From positions 780,001-812,000 of the forward strand of contig OY969931.1 in assembly GCA_963704705.1 (NCBI GenBank): a stretch of 32,000 nt of DNA. The letters run 5' to 3'. Origin of the DNA: an uncultured bacterium. Lineage in GTDB: Bacteria > Patescibacteriota > Gracilibacteria > UBA1369 > PNNO01. Below are positions 10,757 through 19,573 of this stretch, in pieces. A program made the translations under genes and the position numbers. The notes below the pieces were generated by a model. It did not search any database and had not been told where the DNA came from. It saw only the letters and a program-made list of their open reading frames with translations. The stretch's first letter is position 1. Every line of letters begins with the position of its first letter.

Positions 10757-12055
10757 TTATAAAGTTGCAAAATACAAATAAGCACTGCAAACAAGTAAAA
10801 TTCCAATTGTTAACGGAAAGCTGAATTTTAAATAGTTAATAAAACTGATATGCACGCCGTTCTTCTTGGCTATATCAGCTGAAATAACATTCGCGGATGC
10901 TCCGATCAAAGTTCCATTTCCTCCAAGACAGGCTCCAAGCGAAAGCGCCCACCATAAAACAGTCGTATCGATTAACGGAAATTGAGCTTGTATACCTATT
11001 ATCACCGGAATCATAACTGTTACAAACGGAATATTATCAAGAACCATTGATACAATTCCTGAAACCCATAAAACAATTAAAGACAATAAAAATAAATTTG
11101 AAGTTGAATTCGCCACCATTTGGCTTAAATCTTCAAGTACACCTGTTTTTTCAATACCGCCAACCATCACAAATAAACCCGCAAAAAATAACAAAGTACT
11201 CCATTCAACTGATTTAAAAGATTCATGAATGCTTATCTTTTTGGTTGTTAAAATTGCCAAAATTATTGCTGCTGTAAATGCAATCACATAATTTGGAAGC
11301 TGCAAATAACTTTGCATCATAAAGCCAATAATTGTAACAGACAAAGCAATAACTACTTTTACAACAAAGTCTTTATGAATTGTTTTTTTAACAAATTTCA
11401 TTTTAACTTTTCTGATAATTACATTGGCAATAGTTAAATCAATAAGTTTATCAGAAATAGGTTTTATCGCCTTCCAGTTAACAAATATAAAAACACCAAG
11501 TGTAAACAAAATAACAGCTAAAATCGGCATCCACAGATTAGCAAGGAAATCCATAAAATTTAAATGGGCTGCACCACCGATAATAATATTCGGCGGATCA
11601 CCTATTAAAGTAAGCGCGCCACCTATATTCGAAAATATAATCTCGGCAAAAATGTAAGGTTTTGGATCTTTACCCATACCTTTAACCAATTCGATTGTTA
11701 AAGGAACAATTAAAATAACCGTGGTAACATTGTCTAAAAATGCTGAAAATACAGCTGTTAAAATTGAAAAGAACAAAAATATAGCGAGTGGATTGCCTTT
11801 TGTAAAAGCCGCTATTTTAACATTGAGCCATTCGAAAATTCCGCTTTTTGAAGCTATATTCACAAGTAGCATCATTGCCATTAAAAGCAAAATTGTTTCA
11901 AACTGAATTGCCTCTATTGCTTCTTCCGGGCTGAGAATTCGCAAAATCACCATTAACAAAGCTCCCAATAAAGCTGTAAGTGATTTATCAAATTTTTCAA
12001 TAACTATGAAAATGAATGCGAGTCCGAATATTCCGAGGGCGATGTATTCCAACAT
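10757..12055 (-). CDS. ArsB/NhaD (SLC13-like) ion transporter
   Basis: 432 aa polytopic; FSAFLDNVTTVILIVPLTIEL, SNIGGALTLIGDPPNIIIG, MVLDNIPFVTVMIPVI, GACLGGNGTLIGASANVI. Confidence 0.92.
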   Translation of the reverse strand: MLEYIALGIFGLAFIFIVIEKFDKSLTALLGALLMVILRILSPEEAIEAIQFETILLLMAMMLLVNIASKSGIFEWLNVKIAAFTKGNPLAIFLFFSILTAVFSAFLDNVTTVILIVPLTIELVKGMGKDPKPYIFAEIIFSNIGGALTLIGDPPNIIIGGAAHLNFMDFLANLWMPILAVILFTLGVFIFVNWKAIKPISDKLIDLTIANVIIRKVKMKFVKKTIHKDFVVKVVIALSVTIIGFMMQSYLQLPNYVIAFTAAIILAILTTKKISIHESFKSVEWSTLLFFAGLFVMVGGIEKTGVLEDLSQMVANSTSNLFLLSLIVLWVSGIVSMVLDNIPFVTVMIPVIIGIQAQFPLIDTTVLWWALSLGACLGGNGTLIGASANVISADIAKKNGVHISFINYLKFSFPLTIGILLVCSAYLYFATL

Positions 12056-12090
12056 TTGAATGAATTACTTCTCGATTACAGATCTTACAC

Positions 12091-12624
12091 CTATTTATAT
12101 AACTCTTCAACATCAGATCTTACAAGATCTCTTAGAGTATCTGCGGTGTCAAAATCGACATGTTCATCAGGTTCTTCTCTATTATCATGAGCAATTGTTG
12201 TTTTAATAAGTGAAAGATAATAATTTCGTAAACGTTTATCTGGAAGTAATTCTCTTTTTGTATTTAATAAAATTATTAACAATCCCAATTCATGAAGATT
12301 TCTTCTTTGAACTGCTATTTCAATAAGATTATTGAACAATTCAAATAAATTTCTTTCCAAATAATCTTGTGCAATTTCATCTGCAGGAAATCTCATTTCC
12401 AAAAGATGAGTATTAATTTGTTTATGTGCTTCGGAATCTGAAGTTTGAACAGATTGAGCATCACTGCGATCAATCAAACTTCTTTTATAAATAGTTTCAA
12501 GCAATTCCATTATCTTAGCTATTTCCGTCATTTCTGTTATTTCACCAGCCCAATATGCCAGACTGTGTTTATAACCTATTCCTTGGCATACTAGTGGGTT
12601 TTTTCTTTGATTTTCCATAAACAA
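12091..12624 (-). CDS. hypothetical protein
   Basis: 177-aa ORF, acidic, no recognised motif. Confidence 0.6.
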   Translation of the reverse strand: MFMENQRKNPLVCQGIGYKHSLAYWAGEITEMTEIAKIMELLETIYKRSLIDRSDAQSVQTSDSEAHKQINTHLLEMRFPADEIAQDYLERNLFELFNNLIEIAVQRRNLHELGLLIILLNTKRELLPDKRLRNYYLSLIKTTIAHDNREEPDEHVDFDTADTLRDLVRSDVEELYK

Positions 12625-12691
12625 AGATTAAGAGTATGTATTTATATCCCTTTTTGGAGTTTTTGTCAAGGTTTGTTTTGGAAGTTGATGT

Positions 12692-13258
12692 TTATTCTTC
12701 GGAATCTTCTTCTTCGTCATCAGTGTCCTGGGATTCTATAAAATTTCTTTTTGAAGCTAATTTCTCTAAAAGCTTTGCATTAAATTCTTTTTCAAGCAAT
12801 TTTATATTTGGATTTTCGCCTTTTGATAAAGGAATAATTAAATATTTTATAACTAAACTTGCCACTGCAATTCTGTTCACGGCAAATTTATTAAAATTAA
12901 ATTCTGGGAATGCGTCACGAATTATTGCATCAACAAATCTCCACCAGCTAAGTTCTTTACCGCAATATTGCAGTTTTTTACTGTATGGAGGATTACTCAA
13001 TGAAAGTTCATCAGGGTTTTCAATGCCGCAAATTTCCATAAATCCATGAACTTGCTCTCTAACTCTTTTTTCAATAGATTCCATTGCCAATCTATTAAAT
13101 TTACATTTAGTATATCTTTCTAAAGTTCCGACAATTCTTCTGTTTAATTCTATGGCAGTAATTCTTTCTTCTTCATCTTCTTCAATTTCCGGAATTTCTT
13201 CTTCAATTTCTTCAAACCCATCCGGATCCAAACTGAATTGATCTTCAATATCACCCAT
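12692..13258 (-). CDS. hypothetical protein with acidic termini
   Basis: 188-aa ORF; EEIEEEIPEIEEDEEERI at N-terminus and DTDDEEEDSEE at C-terminus. Confidence 0.6.
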   Translation of the reverse strand: MGDIEDQFSLDPDGFEEIEEEIPEIEEDEEERITAIELNRRIVGTLERYTKCKFNRLAMESIEKRVREQVHGFMEICGIENPDELSLSNPPYSKKLQYCGKELSWWRFVDAIIRDAFPEFNFNKFAVNRIAVASLVIKYLIIPLSKGENPNIKLLEKEFNAKLLEKLASKRNFIESQDTDDEEEDSEE

Positions 13259-13388
13259 ATAAATAAATTAATGTTGGGACTTTTTATAAATGATTTAAGC
13301 AAAAAAGTCAATGCCGAAATTATAAGATGACATCCAGGTATCTTACCGCTATAATTTAGCCAACCCCTCAATAATTAACCCCTCTTAA

Positions 13389-14810
13389 ATGAAAAAGCTT
13401 ATTCCAATGCTAATGATTTTAGCTTTGCTGGTTTCGCAAATGCAGATTAGTTTTGCACAAACCCAAGGTTTTAATGTTATTAATTCGGTTGTCTCAATTA
13501 ATACATATAATGATACAGGCAATGATGAGCTTGAATGGATGGGTTCGGGCAGCGGGACAATCATTAGTGATGATGGAATGATTTTGACCAATTATCATGT
13601 TTTGGTTGATGAAAACGATGAATTTGTTGATTATATTGAACTTTGTTATACGCTTAGCGAATTTGAGCCGCCATATTGTCTTGAAGACGCTTATGTTTTT
13701 GAATATAACGCTGATATGGATTTGGCTTTGCTGTACCCTTTTATGCGTTATGATTATGAAACCGGAGAATATTATGAATTAACTGAAGAAGATTATCAGG
13801 GATATCCTGCAATTACTTTCAGATCAAACACTGTTACTGCCGAAGAGCTACCTGCACTTCGTGAACGTATTGAAATTTTGGGATATCCGGGTGCAAGTCT
13901 CACAGGGAATATTGTTGTTACAGAAGGTATTGTTACCGGTTATTTAACTGTTTCAACAAGCGATGTTTTAAAAGAAGCCAAAATTGATATTAACAGTGAT
14001 CTTTACGATCAAATGCTTGAGCTGTTTGGTTCAACAATGACACTTGGAATTGAAACCGATGCAACAATTAATCCCGGTAATTCAGGCGGTGCTGCGATTG
14101 ATTCCGACGACAGATTTGTGGGAATTCCGACTTATTTCAGTGTTGGAGGTGAAGCAGGACAATACGGATATGTTATACCGACCAATGTAATTAATCTATG
14201 GCTTAATCAGTTGGTTGCTGAAGGAAAGCTCCCTTTTAACCCAAGCATGTATATTTATGATAATAATGGGTTTGATGAGCTGTTTTTGTTTTTGGATGTT
14301 GATGATACACACCCGAATTATGATGCAATCAAATACCTAAAAGATAATTCAATTATTAATGGATATCCTGACGGAAGTTTTCAGCCTGAAGGAGAAATAA
14401 CAAGAGCTGAACTTATGAAAATTTTGGCTCTGGCAACAGGAATCGAGATTAGTCCTGATGAATATAATAATTGCTTCCCTGATGTTACCGATGACTGGTA
14501 CGCAAAATATGTTTGTTACGCAAAACAGCAGGGCTGGGTAGAAGGTTATCCTGACGGCACTTTTAAGCCAGGCAATAATGTAGTTAAAGCAGAGGCAATT
14601 AAAATGGTCTTAAATACGCAAGGTATTGTTTTGGATCCGGTGGGAAGCGTTAAACCTTTTAATGATGTTGAACTTGGTGATTGGTTCGCTCCGTATGTTG
14701 TTACAGCAAAAAACCTTGGAATTCTGGAAGAAAACGGAATCAAATATAATCCGGGCAATAATGCTACCCGCGGAGGTGTAAGTGAAAATATTTACAGGGT
14801 AATTAAGTAG
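13389..14810 (+). CDS. secreted trypsin-like serine protease with S-layer homology domains
   Basis: 473 aa; signal peptide; GSGTIISDDGMILTNYHVLV (His), NADMDLALL (Asp), TINPGNSGGAAI (Ser); C-terminal SLH repeats (IINGYPDGSFQPEGEITRAELMKIL; WVEGYPDGTFKPGNNVVKAEAIKMVL). Confidence 0.9.
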   Translation: MKKLIPMLMILALLVSQMQISFAQTQGFNVINSVVSINTYNDTGNDELEWMGSGSGTIISDDGMILTNYHVLVDENDEFVDYIELCYTLSEFEPPYCLEDAYVFEYNADMDLALLYPFMRYDYETGEYYELTEEDYQGYPAITFRSNTVTAEELPALRERIEILGYPGASLTGNIVVTEGIVTGYLTVSTSDVLKEAKIDINSDLYDQMLELFGSTMTLGIETDATINPGNSGGAAIDSDDRFVGIPTYFSVGGEAGQYGYVIPTNVINLWLNQLVAEGKLPFNPSMYIYDNNGFDELFLFLDVDDTHPNYDAIKYLKDNSIINGYPDGSFQPEGEITRAELMKILALATGIEISPDEYNNCFPDVTDDWYAKYVCYAKQQGWVEGYPDGTFKPGNNVVKAEAIKMVLNTQGIVLDPVGSVKPFNDVELGDWFAPYVVTAKNLGILEENGIKYNPGNNATRGGVSENIYRVIK

Positions 14811-14822
14811 AATCTACTCTAT

Positions 14823-14936
14823 CCCGGGAGGAGATTTGACCGTAGGCGATTTTTGGTGCGCGGTAGGTATACCAGGCCCGGGCCGGAATTAGACCCAGTA
14901 CTATTTTTGATGCGCAGTAAGATTACTTTCACGGGG
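14823..14936. repeat. intergenic repeat element copy 1 (two degenerate units beginning CCCGGG)
   Basis: CCCGGGAGGAGATTTGACCGTAGGCGATTTTTGGTGCGCGGTAGGTATACCAGG then CCCGGGCCGGAATTAGACCCAGTACTATTTTTGATGCGCAGTAAGATTAC; first unit nearly identical to copy 2. Confidence 0.85.
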
Positions 14937-14951
14937 ATGAAATAATCAGCC

Positions 14952-14979
14952 TTGACTTTTTTCTAAAATATAGTACAAT
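14952..14979 (+). promoter_or_regulatory. sigma-70-type promoter upstream of the GC-rich gene
   Basis: TTGACT (14952-14957), 16-bp spacer, TACAAT (14974-14979). Confidence 0.5.
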
Positions 14980-15078
14980 ATTATTCTTTGCTTAAATATC
15001 TATTTTGGATTGTTTGAGCAACGCTTATTTGAAAGAACAGCGAACAAAACCACAACACCCCAACGGGAGGAACAACAG

Positions 15079-15657
15079 ATGGGAAAACTCAGCATGTTTG
15101 TGATGATCGTCGTGATGGTCGCCAACGTCTTCGGATGCAGCAGCCGGAACGTGGGAGAACGTCAGCCCATGCCCGCGAGCACCATGGCGGTGCTCGATCG
15201 GATCGACGACTGCGACGACAGGTACTGGATCTACGCACGCAACCGCGATGACGACGCCTATGCCGCATGCCTCGAGAACCCGCCGGTGAGTCAATCTCAG
15301 TGTGCACTCGACTACGATGCAGCCAAGGAGCAGTCATGGAACGCCTACGAAGACTGCCTCATCAACCTGCCCATAGTCTCGCACGACTGCGTCCTGCAGC
15401 TCCAGCCCTTCAGCCAGGAGCAGGACACCGACGGCGACGGCGTCGAGGACTTCTGGGAGTACCAGATGGGCCTGAACCCCTGCGAGCCGTGTAGCTACGG
15501 CGGTACCCCCGGCGTGGACTGCGACGGTGATCTCGACTACGATCGGGATCCGCGCAACAACGCCGATGACACCAACCCGATCTGCGGGATGCTGTGGGAC
15601 GACGCGTGGCACAACGAGAACGCGGACTACGGCCTCAACGACGGCGGCTGCGTCTAG
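15079..15657 (+). CDS. GC-rich predicted lipoprotein with DTDGDG motif
   Basis: Within the 15010..15657 ORF, internal ATG at 15079 is preceded by CGGGAGGAACAACAG; MGKLSMFVMIVVMVANVFGCSS lipobox; DTDGDGVEDFWEYQMGLNP and DCDGDLDYDRDPRNNADD. Base composition much more GC-rich than surroundings. Confidence 0.75.
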   Translation: MGKLSMFVMIVVMVANVFGCSSRNVGERQPMPASTMAVLDRIDDCDDRYWIYARNRDDDAYAACLENPPVSQSQCALDYDAAKEQSWNAYEDCLINLPIVSHDCVLQLQPFSQEQDTDGDGVEDFWEYQMGLNPCEPCSYGGTPGVDCDGDLDYDRDPRNNADDTNPICGMLWDDAWHNENADYGLNDGGCV

Positions 15658-15686
15658 CAGCCGGTTCGCAACCTTTCAACAACCAG

Positions 15687-15719
15687 GGTGCGGCGCTTCG
15701 ACCTTCGAAGCGCCGCACC
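15687..15719 (+). terminator. strong stem-loop after the GC-rich gene
   Basis: Perfect 14-bp stem GGTGCGGCGCTTCG / CGAAGCGCCGCACC with 5-nt loop ACCTT. Confidence 0.75.
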
Positions 15720-15757
15720 TCTTGCCTATATCTGCAAAATTGTTCTACACTATAAAT

Positions 15758-16336
15758 ATGATAAAAAAAATCATCTCAATTCTCGCATTATTTTGCGTTA
15801 TAGCAAGCCTCTCGGGCTGCAACTTATATAACCGCGATCATTTAAGCATTTATAATCCCGACCGCATCACAAAAAAATGGTTCGGCACTTATGTTGAGCC
15901 AGGCAACTCCCCTGTTGAACCTGAAAAATTCAAAGGTTATCACACAGGCGTTGATTTTGAGACTTTTGAAGATGAGCAGAATATCGATGTTCCTGTTTAT
16001 GCCATTTGCGACGGACCGATTGCACGAAAAGTTATTGCACAGGGCTATGGTGGTGTTGTCGCTCAATCATGCATCATCAACAATGAAAAAGTAACGGTTG
16101 TTTACGGCCATCTGGATATATTAAGCGTTACCAACGATGCTCAGGAAGTGCTTACATTCGGTGATTTTATTGGAAATTTGGGTGAAGGATTCACGAATCA
16201 AACAGATCACGAACGAAAACATCTTCATTTAAGTATTCACAAAGGTATTGAAGTAAATTTACTTGGCTATGTTCAAACACCCGAAGAATTATCAGAATGG
16301 ATTGATCCCTTGGATATTTTAACTTTAAAAATATGA
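15758..16336 (+). CDS. M23-family peptidase lipoprotein
   Basis: Likely start MIKKIISILALFCVIASLSGC at 15758; FKGYHTGVDFE (HxxxD) and HLHLSIHKG (HxH) LytM motifs. Confidence 0.85.
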   Translation: MIKKIISILALFCVIASLSGCNLYNRDHLSIYNPDRITKKWFGTYVEPGNSPVEPEKFKGYHTGVDFETFEDEQNIDVPVYAICDGPIARKVIAQGYGGVVAQSCIINNEKVTVVYGHLDILSVTNDAQEVLTFGDFIGNLGEGFTNQTDHERKHLHLSIHKGIEVNLLGYVQTPEELSEWIDPLDILTLKI

Positions 16337-16716
16337 AAAATCATACAAATTTATGGCTGATTATTCTTGTTGTTATTCTTACCGCATTGATGACCACTGC
16401 AGCATTATTACTTTGGCAAAATCAACAAAACCCAACACCTTCTCAAAATGGCAGCTGGGTAACTTACGAAAGCCAAAACGGGTTCAGCTTCCAGCATCCA
16501 AAAGGTTATGGAGTTAATGAAACCATTGATCCGGAAGACCCTGAGAATACCATTGTTCATATTGTTAAATTAGATGAAAATGGTGAGTTCGAGCAGGTTC
16601 CGCCTTCATTACAAATCAATGTCTCGCCAAGTTCAGTTTCGTTTTCGCTTTGGGAAGGTGCTAAATGGGATGGATATCCTGAAATTATAGGAACTTTTAA
16701 ATTCGCAAGCAATTGA
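16333..16716 (+). CDS. hypothetical membrane-anchored/secreted protein
   Basis: 127 aa with N-terminal TM; ATGA overlap with upstream peptidase gene. Confidence 0.65.
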   Translation: MKNHTNLWLIILVVILTALMTTAALLLWQNQQNPTPSQNGSWVTYESQNGFSFQHPKGYGVNETIDPEDPENTIVHIVKLDENGEFEQVPPSLQINVSPSSVSFSLWEGAKWDGYPEIIGTFKFASN

Positions 16717-17865
16717 TTAATCTATCAACAAATTAATGATTACGGAATTATGTTTGAATGATTCAACAATAGCTTCTTTAAACTTTCTTATGGCTTCAAT
16801 TGAATAAGGTTTACCTGTTCTTTTTGTGTTTCCCCAACTATTTGCAATTTGTTTTAAAGTTGCACTGGGTTCTTCAAAAAAATAACGCATTGTTATATAA
16901 AAAGCTAAATCTCGATCAAGACTTCTATATCCCACCTGTGAAAAATCAAAATTATAAATTTGTTCCGTTACTTCCTGCCGAAGCTTTCTTTGAAAATCAT
17001 CTTCTTCAATTTTTTCAAATTCAGGACAATCTAAACCAACAACATTGTGAAAACTTTTTCTTGAATCATCACCGTCAACAGGTGCATCTAAATGCAAAAT
17101 TCCTCTCCCTGAACTTTCTGATCTCGAAACCATATTAATAGGATAATGGAGAGTATTTAAATTTTTATAAATATAACCTGATACATAAGATCTTATCCAA
17201 TTATAAGCTGAGGTTGAAAATCTATATCCAAACCTTGGATTGTATTTTATTACTGCTTTTCTTAAACCCAAAATGCCTTCGTTGTGTAAATCTTCATAAG
17301 AAAAAGTACCATTTATCACATATTCTCCATAAAGCTGCATAATAACTTTTCGTATAAGCATCTCATTTTCCTGAATTATACTATTAATAGATTCAGTGTC
17401 GCCTCTTCTCACTTTTTCCCAGATTTCATTTTCTTCATCAGTCAAATTCAGATTTTTTTTTGAGGAAGTTAAGACATTTGTAACCGTATTAAAATTACAA
17501 CCGAATATTTCGTTGGTAAAAGTGTTTGCCATACCAGGTTTTGGATATCTTTGTTTTTTTGATCGAACAAAATCCTTAAGTTTTCCCTTAAGTCCGGAAT
17601 CAACCTGATATTCATAAAAATCCAAAACAAACCTTACTTTTGCATCTGCTTCAGCAATGATATCTTCATCATCTTCATCAACCAGACCTTCCTGAACAAA
17701 ACTAATTGCATCACTAACAAGTTCTCTTAAAAACTGCAGATCCTCAGCATATTTTAATTCAGCGGAAAGCGCTGATTCCGGCATATCTTCTGCACCGCTT
17801 TCAGTTAGCTTAGGCTGCTGAATTTCATAATTTAGATTAACCATATTAGTGTCCGAATTTTGCAT
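16717..17865 (-). CDS. divergent sigma-70-family-like protein
   Basis: 382 aa; region-2-like GTFSYEDLHNEGILGLRKAVIKYNPRFGYRFSTSAYNWIRSYVSGYI; C-terminus with SATLKQIANSWGNTKRTGKPYSIEAIRKFKEAI consistent with region 4 HTH. Confidence 0.75.
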   Translation of the reverse strand: MQNSDTNMVNLNYEIQQPKLTESGAEDMPESALSAELKYAEDLQFLRELVSDAISFVQEGLVDEDDEDIIAEADAKVRFVLDFYEYQVDSGLKGKLKDFVRSKKQRYPKPGMANTFTNEIFGCNFNTVTNVLTSSKKNLNLTDEENEIWEKVRRGDTESINSIIQENEMLIRKVIMQLYGEYVINGTFSYEDLHNEGILGLRKAVIKYNPRFGYRFSTSAYNWIRSYVSGYIYKNLNTLHYPINMVSRSESSGRGILHLDAPVDGDDSRKSFHNVVGLDCPEFEKIEEDDFQRKLRQEVTEQIYNFDFSQVGYRSLDRDLAFYITMRYFFEEPSATLKQIANSWGNTKRTGKPYSIEAIRKFKEAIVESFKHNSVIINLLID

Positions 17866-17881
17866 ATAAAAGGTGCGCAGG

Positions 17882-18631
17882 TCAAAAAGTATCGAGATCT
17901 TCTTTTAAAAGACCCATCTGATTATTCCGCTTAAGTTTTAACATAAATAATGAAAAATAAATATTCTCGTCTAGTCCTTCCATTAATAATTTTTCAATTA
18001 GTTCATCCGGATTCAAAGGCTGTGATGTTTGTTCATCTAAAATTTCATCTCCAATTGTTTCGCAAATTCTTAACTGGAGTGATTCTGTGGGCTCATCAAG
18101 AGATTCAGCATATTCTTGCTTTGTTTTATTATAGTACTCAATATCTTCATCATCTAGATATTCCATTAATTCTGGAGGTAGGGATCTTCCTTCAATACAT
18201 AATTGTATAAGAATATTTCTTCTAAAAGTATGTTTAAATTTTTCAAGAATAAATTCATTCAAATCCAATTCCCCTGTTTCAACATTTCCGCCAACATACA
18301 TATATATATTTAACAAGAAAAACGCTTTAACCCTAATAATAGTATTAATTCTAATAAAAGAATCGAAATCATCATCAAATTCCGTTATCCGCTTCCATAA
18401 ATCAAAAAAATCTTCATTTGAAAGTTGAGATTCTTCAAAAATATCAAGATCCGGCAAAGCCATTTCCAAAATATCAGCTTGAGGCATTAATTTTAGTTGA
18501 TTTATATCAAAACTTAAAAAATATTTTTCAATATCTGACTTTAGCTGTTCATTATCACCTGCAATTATTTCAGCATATATTGTAATAAGACTGTTTACCG
18601 GTGTTTCAATATTGGGCTCTTCAGTATTCAT
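17882..18631 (-). CDS. hypothetical protein
   Basis: 249 aa, acidic helical; same strand and 16 bp upstream of the sigma-like gene. Confidence 0.6.
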   Translation of the reverse strand: MNTEEPNIETPVNSLITIYAEIIAGDNEQLKSDIEKYFLSFDINQLKLMPQADILEMALPDLDIFEESQLSNEDFFDLWKRITEFDDDFDSFIRINTIIRVKAFFLLNIYMYVGGNVETGELDLNEFILEKFKHTFRRNILIQLCIEGRSLPPELMEYLDDEDIEYYNKTKQEYAESLDEPTESLQLRICETIGDEILDEQTSQPLNPDELIEKLLMEGLDENIYFSLFMLKLKRNNQMGLLKEDLDTF

Positions 18632-18712
18632 AATATTTATTTAAATCGGCTATTTATTTTAACTTGATATTCTATTTTGTCAAGATTCCGAAAGTTTACT
18701 ATTGCCAATCCT

Positions 18713-18863
18713 CCCGGGAGGAGATTTGACTATAGGCGATTTTTGGTGCGCGGTAGGTATACCCGGCCCGGGCCGGCGTTTGACCTCGGTTCATTTTAGT
18801 TGCGCTGTATGCGAAAGTGGTCACGTGACCACTTTTTTTAGAAAAATTTAATCTAAATTTAAT
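18713..18863. repeat. intergenic repeat element copy 2
   Basis: CCCGGGAGGAGATTTGACTATAGGCGATTTTTGGTGCGCGGTAGGTATACCCGG + CCCGGGCCGGCGTTTGACCTCGGTTCATTTTAGTTGCGCTGTATGCG + 22-bp palindrome; second half matches copy 3 nearly exactly. Confidence 0.9.
18814..18839 (+). terminator. 22-bp perfect palindrome followed by T-tract
   Basis: AAAGTGGTCACGTGACCACTTT (18814-18835) then TTTT. Confidence 0.5.
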
Positions 18864-18954
18864 GATTGGCAGGTATTATTTGGCCATAATATTTAATTAT
18901 TGACTTTGTAGCTACATTTTTATATAATGTAGTTACGGTTGCACGCCAATTTTT

Positions 18955-19194
18955 ATGACCAAAATCGAAAAAACCGTACAAAACCTGCTAAATAATCCCA
19001 AGTCTCTTAAATTCAAGGAAATTCAAAAAGTATTAACATTTTTAGGATTTGAATTGATCAAAGCAAAGGGAAGCCACAAAAAATTCAAGCATCAAAATCT
19101 TAATCACGACCTGATAATCCCGGTCCACAACAACGATTGCAAAACCTTTTACAAAATTCTCGCCTCAAAAACCATAAAAAAGCTTATATCATGA
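18955..19194 (+). CDS. HicA-like toxin
   Basis: 79 aa; KEIQKVLTFLGFELIKAKGSHKKFKH...DLIIPVHNNDCKTFYKILASKTIKKL, typical HicA dsRBD-like pattern. Confidence 0.75.
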   Translation: MTKIEKTVQNLLNNPKSLKFKEIQKVLTFLGFELIKAKGSHKKFKHQNLNHDLIIPVHNNDCKTFYKILASKTIKKLIS

Positions 19195-19511
19195 AAAACA
19201 TCATTCATTACATAACAATCAATAATAAAAAGTATACATATACTTTAAAGCCCGGAAGCGGCAAAAAAACCCTTGTTGAATGCAAAGAGGCCAATATAAA
19301 TCAGAAATTTTTAAATGAAGATATCCCTGAACTGTTAAATGATCTGCCAAATTTGATTTTGGCGGAAAAAAAATATAAAAAGCAGCAGTCTGAGCTGATA
19401 AGGTTCAGGGTGAGCGCGGATGATAAAAAACAAATCGAAAAAATCGCGGTTAAAAAAGGCTACAATTCGGTTTCGGGCTATTTGAGGGATTTGGCTTTGG
19501 GGGATGTTTAA
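19191..19511 (+). CDS. putative cognate antitoxin (HicB-like N-part, ribbon-helix-helix C-part)
   Basis: 106 aa from ATG at 19191 (ATGA overlap with hicA-like stop); C-terminal RFRVSADDKKQIEKIAVKKGYNSVSGYLRDLAL. Confidence 0.65.
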   Translation: MKNIIHYITINNKKYTYTLKPGSGKKTLVECKEANINQKFLNEDIPELLNDLPNLILAEKKYKKQQSELIRFRVSADDKKQIEKIAVKKGYNSVSGYLRDLALGDV

Positions 19512-19573
19512 AAATTGACAAATTAGACAAAAAGAGCTAAATTAATTTCTTGATTTACTCTTAACATTCCACC

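Noticed and set aside
15025-15612. Alternative ORFs (15025..15294 -, 15089..15337 -, 15267..15494 +, 15334..15612 -)
   Set aside because: Expected by chance in GC-rich DNA with few stops; the + strand lipoprotein frame has start site, lipobox and calcium-binding motif.
15527-15757. N-terminal extension of the M23 peptidase ORF (MISTTIGIRATTP...)
   Set aside because: Reads through the GC-rich gene and hairpin in a different frame; the signal peptide begins at 15758.
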